Below are positions 13,979 through 24,867 of a stretch of DNA of 64,000 nt, in pieces (position 1 is the first letter of the stretch; each line of letters begins with the position of its first letter). The position numbers and the translations under genes were made by a program. The notes below the pieces were generated by a model. The model ran no database searches. It was not told where the DNA came from and saw only the letters and a list, made by a program, of their open reading frames with translations. Source of the DNA: Oikopleura dioica (taxonomy: Eukaryota; Animalia; Chordata). The stretch covers positions 4,154,001 through 4,218,000 of the forward strand of contig OU015566.1 in NCBI GenBank assembly GCA_907165135.1. The letters run 5' to 3'.

Positions 13979-15158
13979 ATGGAAATAATCTGCGCGGGTT
14001 TTCCGAAAACCGGCTCAAAAAGTTGCTCCAACGCGCTCAGGTGATACCAATTTCAAGATAGAAATCACTTCTTTTAAAGAATTCTTGGCTACAATGTGGC
14101 CGATCTCAGCGAAACCATCCATTTCATGTCCGAAGTCTGGTACGATTACATGAAGGGCAAGTGCTCGATTCATCGCGTAATCGAAGAATACCAAAAACAT
14201 GGATTTCAAGTGAACCAAGACGTTCCCTCCAATGTCTTCTGGGAACAGCTCTACCACGCTTCTCCAACTGCAAAAGTCATCCTAACGGTTCGTGACAGCT
14301 CAGAAGTCTGGCAAAACTCATGGAACAAATTTGCGGCGAGCTTTAATACCCAGTTCGGCAACCCAGGATTTTGGATTTATCATCGATTAATTTCGATGGG
14401 CTGGTCAAGTCCCAACATGAATCGATTCAATTGGATGATGCCGGAGTGCATGAAAATCGGGTTTTTGCGAAACTGCGATCAGGAGTTCTTCCCGGCGCCT
14501 TGGCACATTTTTACGGGGGAACAGCTTATTCGGACGATGCAGCCATACTGGTTCGTAATTTTTTTGATAACTCTTAGGGGTTATTTTAGGGATGGGATGG
14601 TCGACCAATACGAAAATCACAATCGTCGAGTCCAAGAAATCGTGCCAGCCGACCGCCTCCTCGTTTGGAACCCAAAAGACGGGTGGGAACCACTTTGTCA
14701 ATTTCTCAACAAGCCTATTCCTGACTCGCCTATTCCGGTAAAAAAAGAGGGATGGTGTCTGGAACCGACAAAAAATTTCGACAAATTTTGCGTGGGCGGC
14801 TACTCGGCTGCTGATTGGCCGGTTTGCCGAATCCAGGCTTCTGATTGGTTGAAAATTACCACGCAAAATTTGTCGAAATTTTTTTGTCGATTCCAGACGC
14901 CTCTTTAAAAAAGAGGGCGTTCTAACTAAGCAATTCTAGCACGACAACAAAACGGTTGACAAAGATTTCATGAAGCGATACTTGCTCGAAGGCGATCCTG
15001 GCATCGACGCTACCAATTGGGCGCAGTGGTACATGAAAAAAGCCATTGTCAAGGTCGCTCTTCTCGCTGGACTGGCAATTTACGAAAAGAAAAATGACTT
15101 TCGTCTGACAAAAAAGCTACTTGAATTTTTGAAAACGAAGGTGACCAAATTTTTCTGA
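13979..15158 (+). CDS. Sulfotransferase family protein, tandem copy 1
   Basis: MEIICAGFPKTGSKS P-loop-like PAPS-binding motif, AKVILTVRDS, LLVWNPKDGWEPLCQFL; GT-AG introns at the same positions as in copy 2. Confidence 0.85.
14754..14901. mobile_element. MITE (~148 bp, ~41-bp TIRs) in the last intron of sulfotransferase copy 1
   Basis: GGTGTCTGGAACCGACAAAAAATTTCGACAAATTTTGCGTG ... CACGCAAAATTTGTCGAAATTTTTTTGTCGATTCCAGACGCC; absent from the equivalent intron of copy 2. Confidence 0.85.
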
Positions 15159-15393
15159 CAATTTTTTCCCAAAAAATTCTATAAATAAAACAAAAAAAAA
15201 CAAAGTCTTCTGCACTGATAATATCCCAGGAGAACAAACACAGAATTTGAACCCAGGAAAACTTGAATGACCTGTTACGTTACGACCTTGCAATTGATTC
15301 TTCAAATATGATTTTTGAAATGACAAATATTCTTATTCCGAACTATCTACGAAAGAAACTTTGCCTTCTGCATTTCGAGAGAGATAATACTGA

Positions 15394-16747
15394 ATGGAGA
15401 TAATTTGCGCGGGTTTTCCAAAAACCTGTTCGAAAAGTTGCTCAAATGCTCTTCGGTATTTTCTCTTCATTTATTAATAAATTATAATTTTGTAGAATTT
15501 TGGGCTACAAGGTCGCGGATCTGAGCGAAAACATCCACTTTTTGTCCGAAGTTTGGTACGACTACCTGAAAGGCCATTGCTCCATCCATCGAGTGATAGA
15601 AGAATACAAGAAGCACGGATTCGAGGCAAATCAAGATGTCCCCGGGAACGTCTACTGGGAAGAACTTTACCACGCTTCTCCAAACGCCAAGGTCATCTTG
15701 ACCGTCCGGGACAGCACGGAAGTCTGGAAAAACTCATTCATCCCTTTTCTCGAAAATGTCAACAAGCAGTTCGGAAACCCGGGATTTTGGCTTTACCACC
15801 GGACAATTGCCATGGGCTGGACTAGTCCGAACATGAATCGAGCTAATTGGACCACTCATGTTTGAAAAGAACGATTTTTTGTCCATGAAAATTTTTTTCA
15901 GGAAGTGATGAAAAAAGGGTTCTTCAGAAACTGCGATCAGGACTTTTTTCCAGCCCCTTGGACTGTTTTTACAGGCGAACAAATGATCAAAATAATGAAA
16001 CCATACTGGTAGGATAATCGACTTTCCCGATGTCAAAAGTCCAATTTTAATTATATATTATGTTTAGGGAAACTCGACGAAAAGTGAGCTTTTTTTTGGG
16101 CTTAGTAGGGAGGGAGTATAATACATATTTAGAAAGCCCAGGAGCTGGGGATCATTTTGACTATTGACAGTAAGGGGTTTGACTCATGCCCCGGGGCACT
16201 TTTGGCCTTCCAAAGAGGCAAAAATCTGGTACTCTCGGGATAAGGGACCGTAAGTTCTAGTATCCCGGGTCTGTGGATATGAAACCTTTTCGTCGAGTTT
16301 CCCTAATTATGTTATATTAAATTGCATTTTATTATCCAGGGAAGCGGCGGTCGACCAATACGAAAGCCACAACCGTCGAGTACAAGAAATCGTCCCAGCC
16401 GAACGCCTCCTTGTTTGGAACCCAAAAGACGGTTGGGAACCTCTTTGCAAGTTTCTTGGCAAACCTGTTCCTGACAAGCCGATCCCGGTAGGAGATTTTT
16501 TTTTATCAAATTATTATGACGATTCTAGCACGACAACAAAACCGCGGACAAAGATTTCATCAAACGATACTTGCTTGAAGGCGAGCCGGGAGTTGATGCG
16601 ATGAACTGGACCCAGTATTACATCAAGAAAGCGATGATCAAGGTCGCGCTTGTCGCCGGTTTGGCGATCTACGAGAAGAAAAATGATTTCCGCCTGACGA
16701 GAGGGCTTGTTTCTCTTCTGAAAAGAAACTTGTCGAGATTTTTTTGA
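15394..16747 (+). CDS. Sulfotransferase family protein, tandem copy 2
   Basis: Paralogue of 13979-15158 (MEIICAGFPKTCSKS, AKVILTVRDS, LLVWNPKDGWEPLCKFL). Confidence 0.85.
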
Positions 16748-16974
16748 ACAAAAACTTATTTAATAAAAATAAATAAATAATTTACAAAGTATTGTGCGAA
16801 AAAATTGAAGTATTCAAATTTATTCATCATCAGAAAAAGCTTCTTTCGTAATTTTTGCAAATGTTGTGCATTCAATCGATTCTTGTGATAATCGCGGATG
16901 ATCGAGCTCGTCGATTGTTTCTTGAAGTGTTTCATCCTTCAAATTCTTATTCGCCAAAAACCCTATATTTTCAA

Positions 16975-17420
16975 CTAAACCTTGTTATCATCCGGAAGCT
17001 GTCCGTACAAAATCTCATCGGAAATCTTCACCGCTTTGTAGAAAATGAAGCTGAAAAAGAGAAAAAGAATAATCGACAAAACCGTCAGCCAGGGCCTCAA
17101 TCGTTCCTCCGCAAGCTTCAAATTTTCCGGATGCTCTTCTCTGTACTTTCTTATCATTTCTGGAATGTCGACCAGAAGATAGAGCGTTTCTGGCTCGGTT
17201 TCTACTTCGATGCTGATATTTTTCATCTTTCAAATGGGAATATATTTTTTGGGAAGGGCCAATTTAGATTTAATTAGAATTAAGCCAAGTCTTTGCCTGT
17301 CTGATTTTTGATGCCCTTCGACAAAGTTGTCAAATCAATATCTTCCGAAAACGAAATGAAGCCAAATTGGACGTTTGAGTCGAAATTTTCAATCAGAACC
17401 AAGAAAAATGGGAAAGGTGT
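16975..17420 (-). CDS. 3' exons of a host gene with a C-terminal transmembrane helix; probably continuous with exons at 53.0-54.5 kb across the insertion
   Basis: ORF 16975-17226 ends in WLTVLSIILFLFFSFIFY; open frame 17420-17315. Confidence 0.45.
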
Positions 17421-17500
17421 CTTGAACCGACAAAAAAACTTCGACAAATTTTGCGTGAGAATTTTCAACCAATCAGAAGCATGGATTCGGCAAACCGGCC
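17416..17500. mobile_element. Left half of a MITE split by the Polinton
   Basis: 17416-17500 joined to 52920-52983 reproduces the reverse complement of the intact MITE at 14754-14901. Confidence 0.9.
17495..17500. repeat. Left 6-bp target-site duplication CCGGCC
   Basis: Identical CCGGCC immediately outside both termini; 6-bp TSDs are typical of Polintons. Confidence 0.95.
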
Positions 17501-17843
17501 AGTAGTATAATGTCTGGCTAGGGCTTAGCTGCAGGCCGCCCTTTCGCCGCGCCGAGTCCAAAATGAAAAAAAGTGAAAAAAGGGTGGATTTTGCGCGCTC
17601 GACATATGGGGACCCCGGGGCAAATACTTGGAAAATATCCAGACTTTGACTAGGGTGGGCAGGCCGTACGGCAGGCCGTTTGGACTCGGTGCAGTTTTGG
17701 GCGATTTGCAGCCAGGCTCTAGCCAGACATTTTACTCAAGTGGTCGATCAAAATTAAGTGGTCAATAAAATAAAGTGGTCAATAAAAACGAGTGGTCAAT
17801 AAAAACGAGTGGTCAATAAAAGTGGCCGAAAGGCTCTAGAATC
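17501..17843 (+). repeat. Left terminal inverted repeat (~343 bp) with subterminal AGTGGTCAATAAAA repeats
   Basis: Reverse complement of 52575-52913; only a few substitutions or homopolymer differences in the outer ~235 bp. Confidence 0.95.
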
Positions 17844-17962
17844 GGGGGGATAAAAATTTTAGCGACGAATTGGAAGCTGCCACCGGAAGTGCTTGGAATT
17901 GCTGCCACTGGAAGTCGACGGAGAAGCTGTCATCGAAAGTGGAACCTACTCCGCTGCTGAAA

Positions 17963-18225
17963 CTACAAACGCCGCCCGTAAGCTGGAAAACTCTGCTCTA
18001 CTCGACGACCGTTGTTCTCTGCAAAAGGTAAAATGAACACAGTTTCAGAAATCAAGAACCTTTATTAGCACAATGGGAGCATGGATAGCGATTGGAGCAG
18101 AAATGAAGGCGAGCCGTTGATTGGAGGAGGTCTTGTTGGTCGCTCGCAAATTCACACGCTCGCTGTCGCCGGGTAAAAGTATTTTTCCACGTGACTGGCT
18201 TGATGGTACTCAGCTGCTGACCCAT
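17963..18225 (-). CDS. 73-aa viral orphan with N-myristoylation-type start (MGQQLS) and a Cys/His cluster; 2 exons
   Basis: Exons 18225-18060 and 18018-17963; 41-nt GT-AG intron keeps the frame. Confidence 0.5.
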
Positions 18226-18308
18226 TCTAAATGCTCTCATCTGATCACTGCACGCTAAAAGAATTTAATAAAGAATCAGTCGCAAATAAATGAAAATCAG
18301 GCTAACTT

Positions 18309-18786
18309 TTACTCGGACTCTTTGTCTTCCTTGTTGTCTTCGAGTTTCATTTCTTTGGCAAGTGCGTCGGCAGCAACTTTGCAAACTTCCTTGACGTCCT
18401 CATCGGTAAGGCTGGGCAGGCGAGGCTCATAATCATGCATAAAGTACTTCAAATCGTCGGGCATTATGCGAAAGTTGTTTTCGTACATGCAGATGTTGCT
18501 CTCGAGTTCTTGCAGGTACTCGCATTTCAGTTGACAAATTGGGTTGGTGCAAGCCGCCGCCAAAAGACACTGGTAAATGTCAAAGGAGAGCTGATCTTCA
18601 AAGACGTGGAATCGTGGAAAGGTGCCGTCCTTGACGAGCTTGGCGGCAATTTCCTTGAGTTTTGAAATGGTCCATTGGCGGTAAACGGTACCCTGGAAAT
18701 CTCTTAGCAACAAGTACCCTAGAAGAATTATTAAAAAAGATTTTACCTCTGGCATATTTGCAGCGTCTAATAGCTTTCATTGACAT
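18309..18786 (-). CDS. ~150-aa viral orphan; 2 exons with a 28-nt intron
   Basis: MSMKAIRRCKYAR joined through GTAAAA...TTCTAG (18746-18719) in frame to ORF 18309-18755. Confidence 0.6.
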
Positions 18787-19024
18787 GCTAATATAATCAT
18801 GGGGATTAATAATTCAGCCTTCCCACACGCCCAACAGTTGTTCTAGAACACCCAAATTGTTGTTGTGGATAATGGTTGGGGTGTTGATGAAATTCCGTAT
18901 TTTTGCGAAAAAGGGCTCACAATCTCTAGAATTGTTGTCAACCTGAGGCCGAAATTTCAAATTTCAATCAGTCGCCACTCGTTGCTCGACACAAAAGCTG
19001 CATTTTGCGCTTTCTACGTTTATC

Positions 19025-19183
19025 ATGAAAACTAGGTCCAAGACCGCTTCCGAACGCCTGCGTGCGAATTCTACCGTGGAAGAAGCAACTGCTGAAGGTA
19101 AGTGCGCTACTACTTTATTTGCAGGGAGAGGGGGGGAAATTTACAGGGCCAAAAAAATCTTCACTTCTTTCGCTTCTGACTGA
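19025..19183 (+). CDS. Possible ~43-aa peptide upstream of the motif array; 27-nt intron
   Basis: ATG at 19025, strong donor GAAG|GTAAGT at 19098, acceptor TTTGCAG at 19124. Confidence 0.35.
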   Translation: MKTRSKTASERLRANSTVEEATAEGKCATTLFAGRGGEIYRAKKIFTSFASD

Positions 19184-19327
19184 CTGACTTCAAATATCTT
19201 CTTGTCCTCTTGGTTCTTGAATTTGAATGGTTGGCAGGTCCGATTTTCATTGTCGATCTGAAAAGGGTTAGAGTTTAGAGAGAGTTTTCAAAGAAGTCTA
19301 TTCTTGTGACAGTTGCGAGATCGTTTA

Positions 19328-21230
19328 GATTCATTTCAAAAGTTTTCTTTGCAAAACTAAAACGTGTCAGGTTTTCATTTTAGAATGGGAGTCGCAAAGA
19401 CAGTATACATAGCGTTTCATTTTAATGTCGGTGCGCATGGAATGAACGAGGAGATTATAGTTTCATTTTAACATACGTTGCCATGTGAATGAGGAAAATG
19501 GTTGCGATTCATTTTATCACTAAACTTGGGCTAGAATCATTTACGCAACGGGCTCATTTTATTCAAATTCGCTCGGGAATATAGTTGCCAAAGCGGAAAT
19601 GGTTTCATTTTCTAATCATCTTGGTAACATTCGTGTTTATTGTTGGGATTCATTTCAAAACAAGTGCGGGAATATTGGCGGCCACGGTCTAGTTTCATTT
19701 TAAATTCGAAATGTGCATCAACACCAAAGAGAGTATAGTGTTTCATTTTAAGCGCAGGGGAGAAGCTTTGGTACTTTCTCAAAATTTTAAAGTTTCATTT
19801 TGTTACGACTCGGACACCACTAAGTTCTATAAGTCTTGATTCATTTCAGAGTTGACAAAAGAGTACCTTGACTATCTACAAGATTCATTTTGGAACCGCA
19901 GTTTAATTAAATGGTGAAAGAATACTTGAATCATTTTATATCGTCTACTAAAGGACTCATTTTGGGCGTATCACACGTGATATGTCCAGTTAGTAGGAAA
20001 TTATATGTTTTCAAATTTGCCATCATTTATTTTGTGGCGGTGGCGGCGGACTAAATATAAGCGTTGAAAATCTTGGAGCATTTTATAGTCGTTGTTGTCT
20101 TCAGGGCTCGATTCGCTTTTCAGAGAGCTTGACAAGATATCTCTCGATTCATTTTACAATACGATTTCGACTGCCTAAAATTAGAAAAAGTTAGAGTTAG
20201 AGCTAAAATAATTTTAATCAGTCATTTCGGTACAGTAGAGTATGTTTATACTGATTGCATTTTATAAAGGGAACATTGCAGGAAAATTTTTGCTAACATT
20301 TTATTATAGGTTATATTGGTCGCTTTGCGGAGGATTTTTTTGTCAGCATTTTATTGCCACGAGAAGTAGAGTAAAGATATTTGACACATTTAATGGATCG
20401 GGTTGAAAACGGATAGTACGTTCTTCAAAGGGTTTCATTTTAAACAAATGCCTATCGTAAGGATATCAAGACTCTGGGGTCATTTTATGTGTCTAATGCG
20501 TAGAGATTGTACCAAAATTGGCTTCATTTTAAGAGGGCGACTGGAAAAGAGCCTTATGAACAAAACGCTTCATTTTATGAAATGGGGGCTTCGAAGAGGC
20601 TTATTGAGGGAAGCGTTTCATTTTACGAATATGGGCGCGTGGAAAAGGCCTCATGAATAAAAAGCTTCATTTTAATATTAGAAAAATTTCCTTAAAAATG
20701 AACTTAACGCTGAACGAAACGTTTCATTTTATATTATGGGGCGTCGCGTTTATTTATCTTTTGTCTTTTATCAAGAATCATTTTATTCGTTGTCGGGGAT
20801 TTGCACTCAAGTTTCCTTGCGTTTCATTTTATAGTCTACAGAACTTAAAGTATACTGGTCTGTTAGATTTAGCTTCATTTTAAACCCTTTTTCTTTAATA
20901 AATGACATACTATTGGAATCATTTTAAATGCGCCAGTAGATTTCAGTGCAATAATTTTTGCAGGTTCATTTTAAAAACGTCGATTGAATCTCATTTTCGT
21001 GTAGAACATTTAGAATCATTTTAAAAACGGGCAGTATGGAACGATTAACAAACAATGTTTAGTATCATTTTACTGTTTTGATTTTTGATCAAATTAAAGT
21101 CCATTTTGAAACATTTTGACGCGTATTGTTGAGAATCATTTCAGTTCAACTAATGAAATTACTAAAAATTTGGAATCATTTAAGCAAAGTTGCAAAACCT
21201 AAGTCCCATAGCTGATACAGAATTTCATTT
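19328..21230 (+). repeat. Periodic array of a short (T/A)TCATTT(T) motif with mostly unique ~35-40 bp spacers
   Basis: About 45 CATTT on the + strand versus about 9 on the - strand; in-phase spacings mostly 42-52 bp; no long ORF. Confidence 0.85.
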
Positions 21231-21439
21231 TATAAACATAGATCTTTCACTCTTTCTCACTTTCTAAAATCTCTCGGCGTCTCTCTTTTTTGCAGATCTC
21301 TCATTCTAGTCTCTTTCTTTTGCTTTCGGATCTCTTTTCCTTCAAGTCATTTTGATGAAAAGTTGTCAAAGTGGCCCACATTTATGCTCCCCAATATTGC
21401 GCCCTCAGCGAAGAACCCTCCATTGATTTTTCTTTTTAG

Positions 21440-23963
21440 CCGTTGCCGACTCCCCACTACGACCAGCTGCTGGATCCGAGCAATCGCAAGGTAATCCCTA
21501 TTCATTGTCGATTTTCCGGAAACAAGTCTTTAGACCTTGAAATCGCGGCCCAGCATGTTGCTTCCGCGGCTGCCGATACAAGCGACGCGCTCTCATCGGT
21601 TATCGAGGCTGGGCAATCAATTCTGCTCGACGAATCGATGGACAGCTTCCACAATCCACCACCTCGACGAAGCTCCTCTCTTCGCGATCCTGCTCCCTTC
21701 AACGCCTCTTCTGGCAACACCACTGGACCCAACAGCTCGTCCTCCTCCGCCGAAAAGACCGTCACCCTCCCACATGTGCGAAACCAATGGGTTAACGAAG
21801 GCTCCACTCTCGTCGAAGAACCCGTTGCTCGCCCAAACGACAACACTACCAGCGCCGTCCCCACCAGCGACTGCTCCTGCGAAGAAAAGTCGCCCAAGCT
21901 TCCCCAGAAGCGCAACTGGGAAATGGATGGATCGACTGATCCTGAGAATCGCCCCCGAAAGCGATTCCAAGACGGCCGCGCTCCTCCCACCAGCTCCAGC
22001 GACGACAGTGTCAACGACACCGATTATCTGCTCGTAATGGGCGCTCCAGGTGCTGCTGAAAAAGCCCAAGAAAAGGCCAAGAGACGTGCTACTGCTGCTG
22101 CTCACGCTCGAGCTTTGGAGATTGTCGAATCTTCCTACCGAGCGTTGGCTCCTTCCGACGGCGACTCCTCTCAACCCGACAGCGACGATTTCGATGGCGT
22201 GCTCAACAAGAGCGAGCCCCGTCGAGTTGTTGTCAACACGAGCGAGGAGAACGACACACCCAACAACTCTCCTGACAGCGACGGCAGCGAGGAGCCCATG
22301 CGCACCACCAACTTTGACCCCTTTGCAAACAGGGGCGAAAGAGGGCTGGACTTGCGATGGCTCAACAAGCACGATCGCGTTGTCGTCCGCCAGCCTCACC
22401 GAAGACCTTCCGAAGACGCTTCCGGCTCGGACAACGTGTCAATGGAGGTCCACACGTCCGAGTGGAGCGACTCTTCTGCTGCTGGAGCCTTCCTTGGACA
22501 TCCCACCTCCTCCTCCTCCTCCTCCTCCTCGCCCCCGTCTGACAGCAACAGCACCCCCAACGCCAGCACCGTTGCCAACGTTGGCACCGTTCTCGCCGAT
22601 GTCATCGAGGAAATGGCCGAATCGATCATGGACATTTCGGATCTGTCAACCTTGACAGATCCCGAGACTCCCACCAACGCTCAGCCCCCACTCGGAAATG
22701 GGCTCTCACCCGCGATGATGGCTGGCGCTCTTACCGGCCTTTGCGACAACGGATTTATCCGTAATATGTCGCCAAAAAAATCGGCTCCGCTCGCTTCTCG
22801 ATCAAAGGGCCCGCTTAGCCCTGTTGAAGTGGTCTTGGTTCGCCAGATGGATTCCTCGTCGTCTGGCTACAGCTCTGGCTCAAAGAGCGGCGAAGAAGAG
22901 CGAGAGCTGATGGACGTGGACCCGATTCTCGCGATCAAGGAGCGAGCTCTTCTTGGCGGCGAAAGCTCAAGCTCCTCCGACGAGCCCACCACCAGCAGTT
23001 ACAACACCAGCTCCTCCTTCCCAACTGGCTCTTCTTTTGAGCCCAGCTCAATCAGCGGCAACTCCAACTGCAACTCTTCCTCCAACGGCAACTCCTCTTC
23101 TAGCGGCAACTCCTCCTCCAACGGCAACTCCTCCTCTTCCAACGGCAACACCTCCACCAGCGGCAACTCCTCCTCAAACGGCAACTCCTCCTCAAACGGC
23201 AACTACTCTCCCAACGGCACCGGCAACGCCTTCAAAGGTTCCATCGTCACCGTCTTTGACGAAGTCGATGTTGGCGCCGACCTTGGCGAAACAACCATCG
23301 TCGCGCCAGCCACGCCTGCTAACCGATCTGTCGTCACCGTACCTGGCGGCAGCGTCGCTGCTCCCGACGAGAGCGTTTTTGTTGGCGGCGCCGACGTAAG
23401 CGGCATTTCTGGCGTCGAGCCCCTCAACGCCACCGGCACCGGCCCTTCTCCCAACGCCACCGTCCTCAACGGCAGCGGCAACGGCGCCAACGGCAACTCC
23501 ACCAACGGCAACTCCACCAACGGCAACGGCACCTACACCGAGCTCCGATCCGGCGAGAACGGTCAGATTGGCGAGCAGGGCAACATTGTCCTTCGGGCGT
23601 ACCGACGGGATGGAACTTTGGGCCGGCCAACCGACTTCAACACCCCGCGAATCTTTCGCATTGAAAGCTTTGTCGAGCCGCCACACAAAGGTACTTTCCA
23701 TCAAGATAATTTAAATCAAGAACTTTTAATCAAATCATTTTAATCAAAACTTTCTTAATCAAAATTTAGCTCCGGCCGACGCGACCCCCTTCAAAAAGCA
23801 GCTGGTCTCCCTCAAGAACAACCTCGCCGAGATCTACCTCAACCACGACAACTTCCGCGAGGAATTGGCGAATGGAGAAGTTGGGGCGCTGATCCTCGTC
23901 AAAGACGAAAATGGGCGTGTGACCGCGTTCAAGAATAACATTGTCTTGCAGCGACGAAATTAA
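21440..23963 (+). CDS. Large Ser/Asn/Gly-rich disordered viral orphan (>750 aa) with a short globular last exon
   Basis: ORF 21443-23743 with C-ending codon bias and NGNSS repeats; donor at 23691, acceptor at 23769, last exon SGRRDPFKKQLVSLKNNLAEIYLN... The exact phase at this junction is unresolved. Confidence 0.7.
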
Positions 23964-24082
23964 CGGTTTAAACTCCACGGGAGTCTGTTTTCAAAAATAA
24001 ATTCAATTTATCTTTCATATAAAATGCAACTGATTCTTGATATTGATTGCATTTACGAGTGTCTGAGTCGAGCAGAGCAGGG

Positions 24083-24510
24083 CTAGAAAGCGGAGCGAAA
24101 AATTAGAGTAGAAATCGGAGCGAAAATTAAGAGTAGAAATCGGAGCGAAAATTAAGAGTAGAAATCGGAGCGAAAAATTAGAGTAGAAATCGGAGCGAAA
24201 ATTAAGAGTAGAAATCGGAGCAAAAATTAAGAGAAGAAAGCGGAGCGAAAAATAGAGCTAGAAAAGTAGAGCTTGAAAAATAGAGCTAGAAACTTGCGAG
24301 TAGAAAATGGAGCGAAACTTAGGAATTAAAAACTCACGAGTAGAAAATGGAGCGAAAAAAATTAGAGCCAGAAAAGCCGAGAGCCAATTTTAAAAAATCT
24401 CGAAATTCCAGAGAGCCGCCTCGAAATTCCATAGAGTCGCATCGAAAATCCAGAGAGCCGCCTCGGAAATCCAGAGAGCCGCCTCGAAATTCCATAGAGT
24501 CGCGTCGAAA
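24083..24510 (+). repeat. Intergenic tandem repeats: ~7 x 25 bp (GAGTAGAAATCGGAGCGAAAATTAA) then ~5 x 21 bp (CGAAATTCCAGAGAGCCGCCT)
   Basis: Directly visible units. Confidence 0.85.
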
Positions 24511-24867
24511 ATTCATATTTTTGGAAAAAGAGCCAGTTTCAAAAGTGCAAGCTTGCAAAAAGCACAATTCCAAGAGTCACCATGCATTTTTTGAAATTCA
24601 AATCTAGGTTGAGTTTTCCCTTTTCGCAAGATTTCGTCAGATTTGTACTTTCGAGAATTGCTCTGGGTTCGTTTCTTGATGGCGCCCGAATACAAAATTA
24701 CGAAAAAGGCCACATTCCGATGCTTATCAAAGTCCGGATGTTCCCAAGGTCAAATTCTGCTGAGAGAAAACTGCTGATCGAGAGAAAGACTGTGCCGACT
24801 GTTATCAATTTTGTGGCGCCTTTGACTCTTTGCCCCCTCTTTCTTTGATAATTGCCGCGTCACTAAC

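Noticed and set aside
17280-17561. ORFs 17280-17561 and 52667-52936 sharing DSARRKGGLQLSPSQTLYY
   Set aside because: Translations of the TIRs; useful only as evidence of the inverted repeat.
19328-21230. True CRISPR array
   Set aside because: The repeat is only ~8 bp, there are no cas genes and the context is eukaryotic; kept only as an architectural analogy.
19328-21230. Chain of ATGA-coupled micro-ORFs on the - strand (AAAATGA)
   Set aside because: Unit lengths vary across all three frames, so start-stop coupling is not maintained.
24334-24607. REPPRNS-repeat ORFs
   Set aside because: Products of the 21-bp intergenic repeat.
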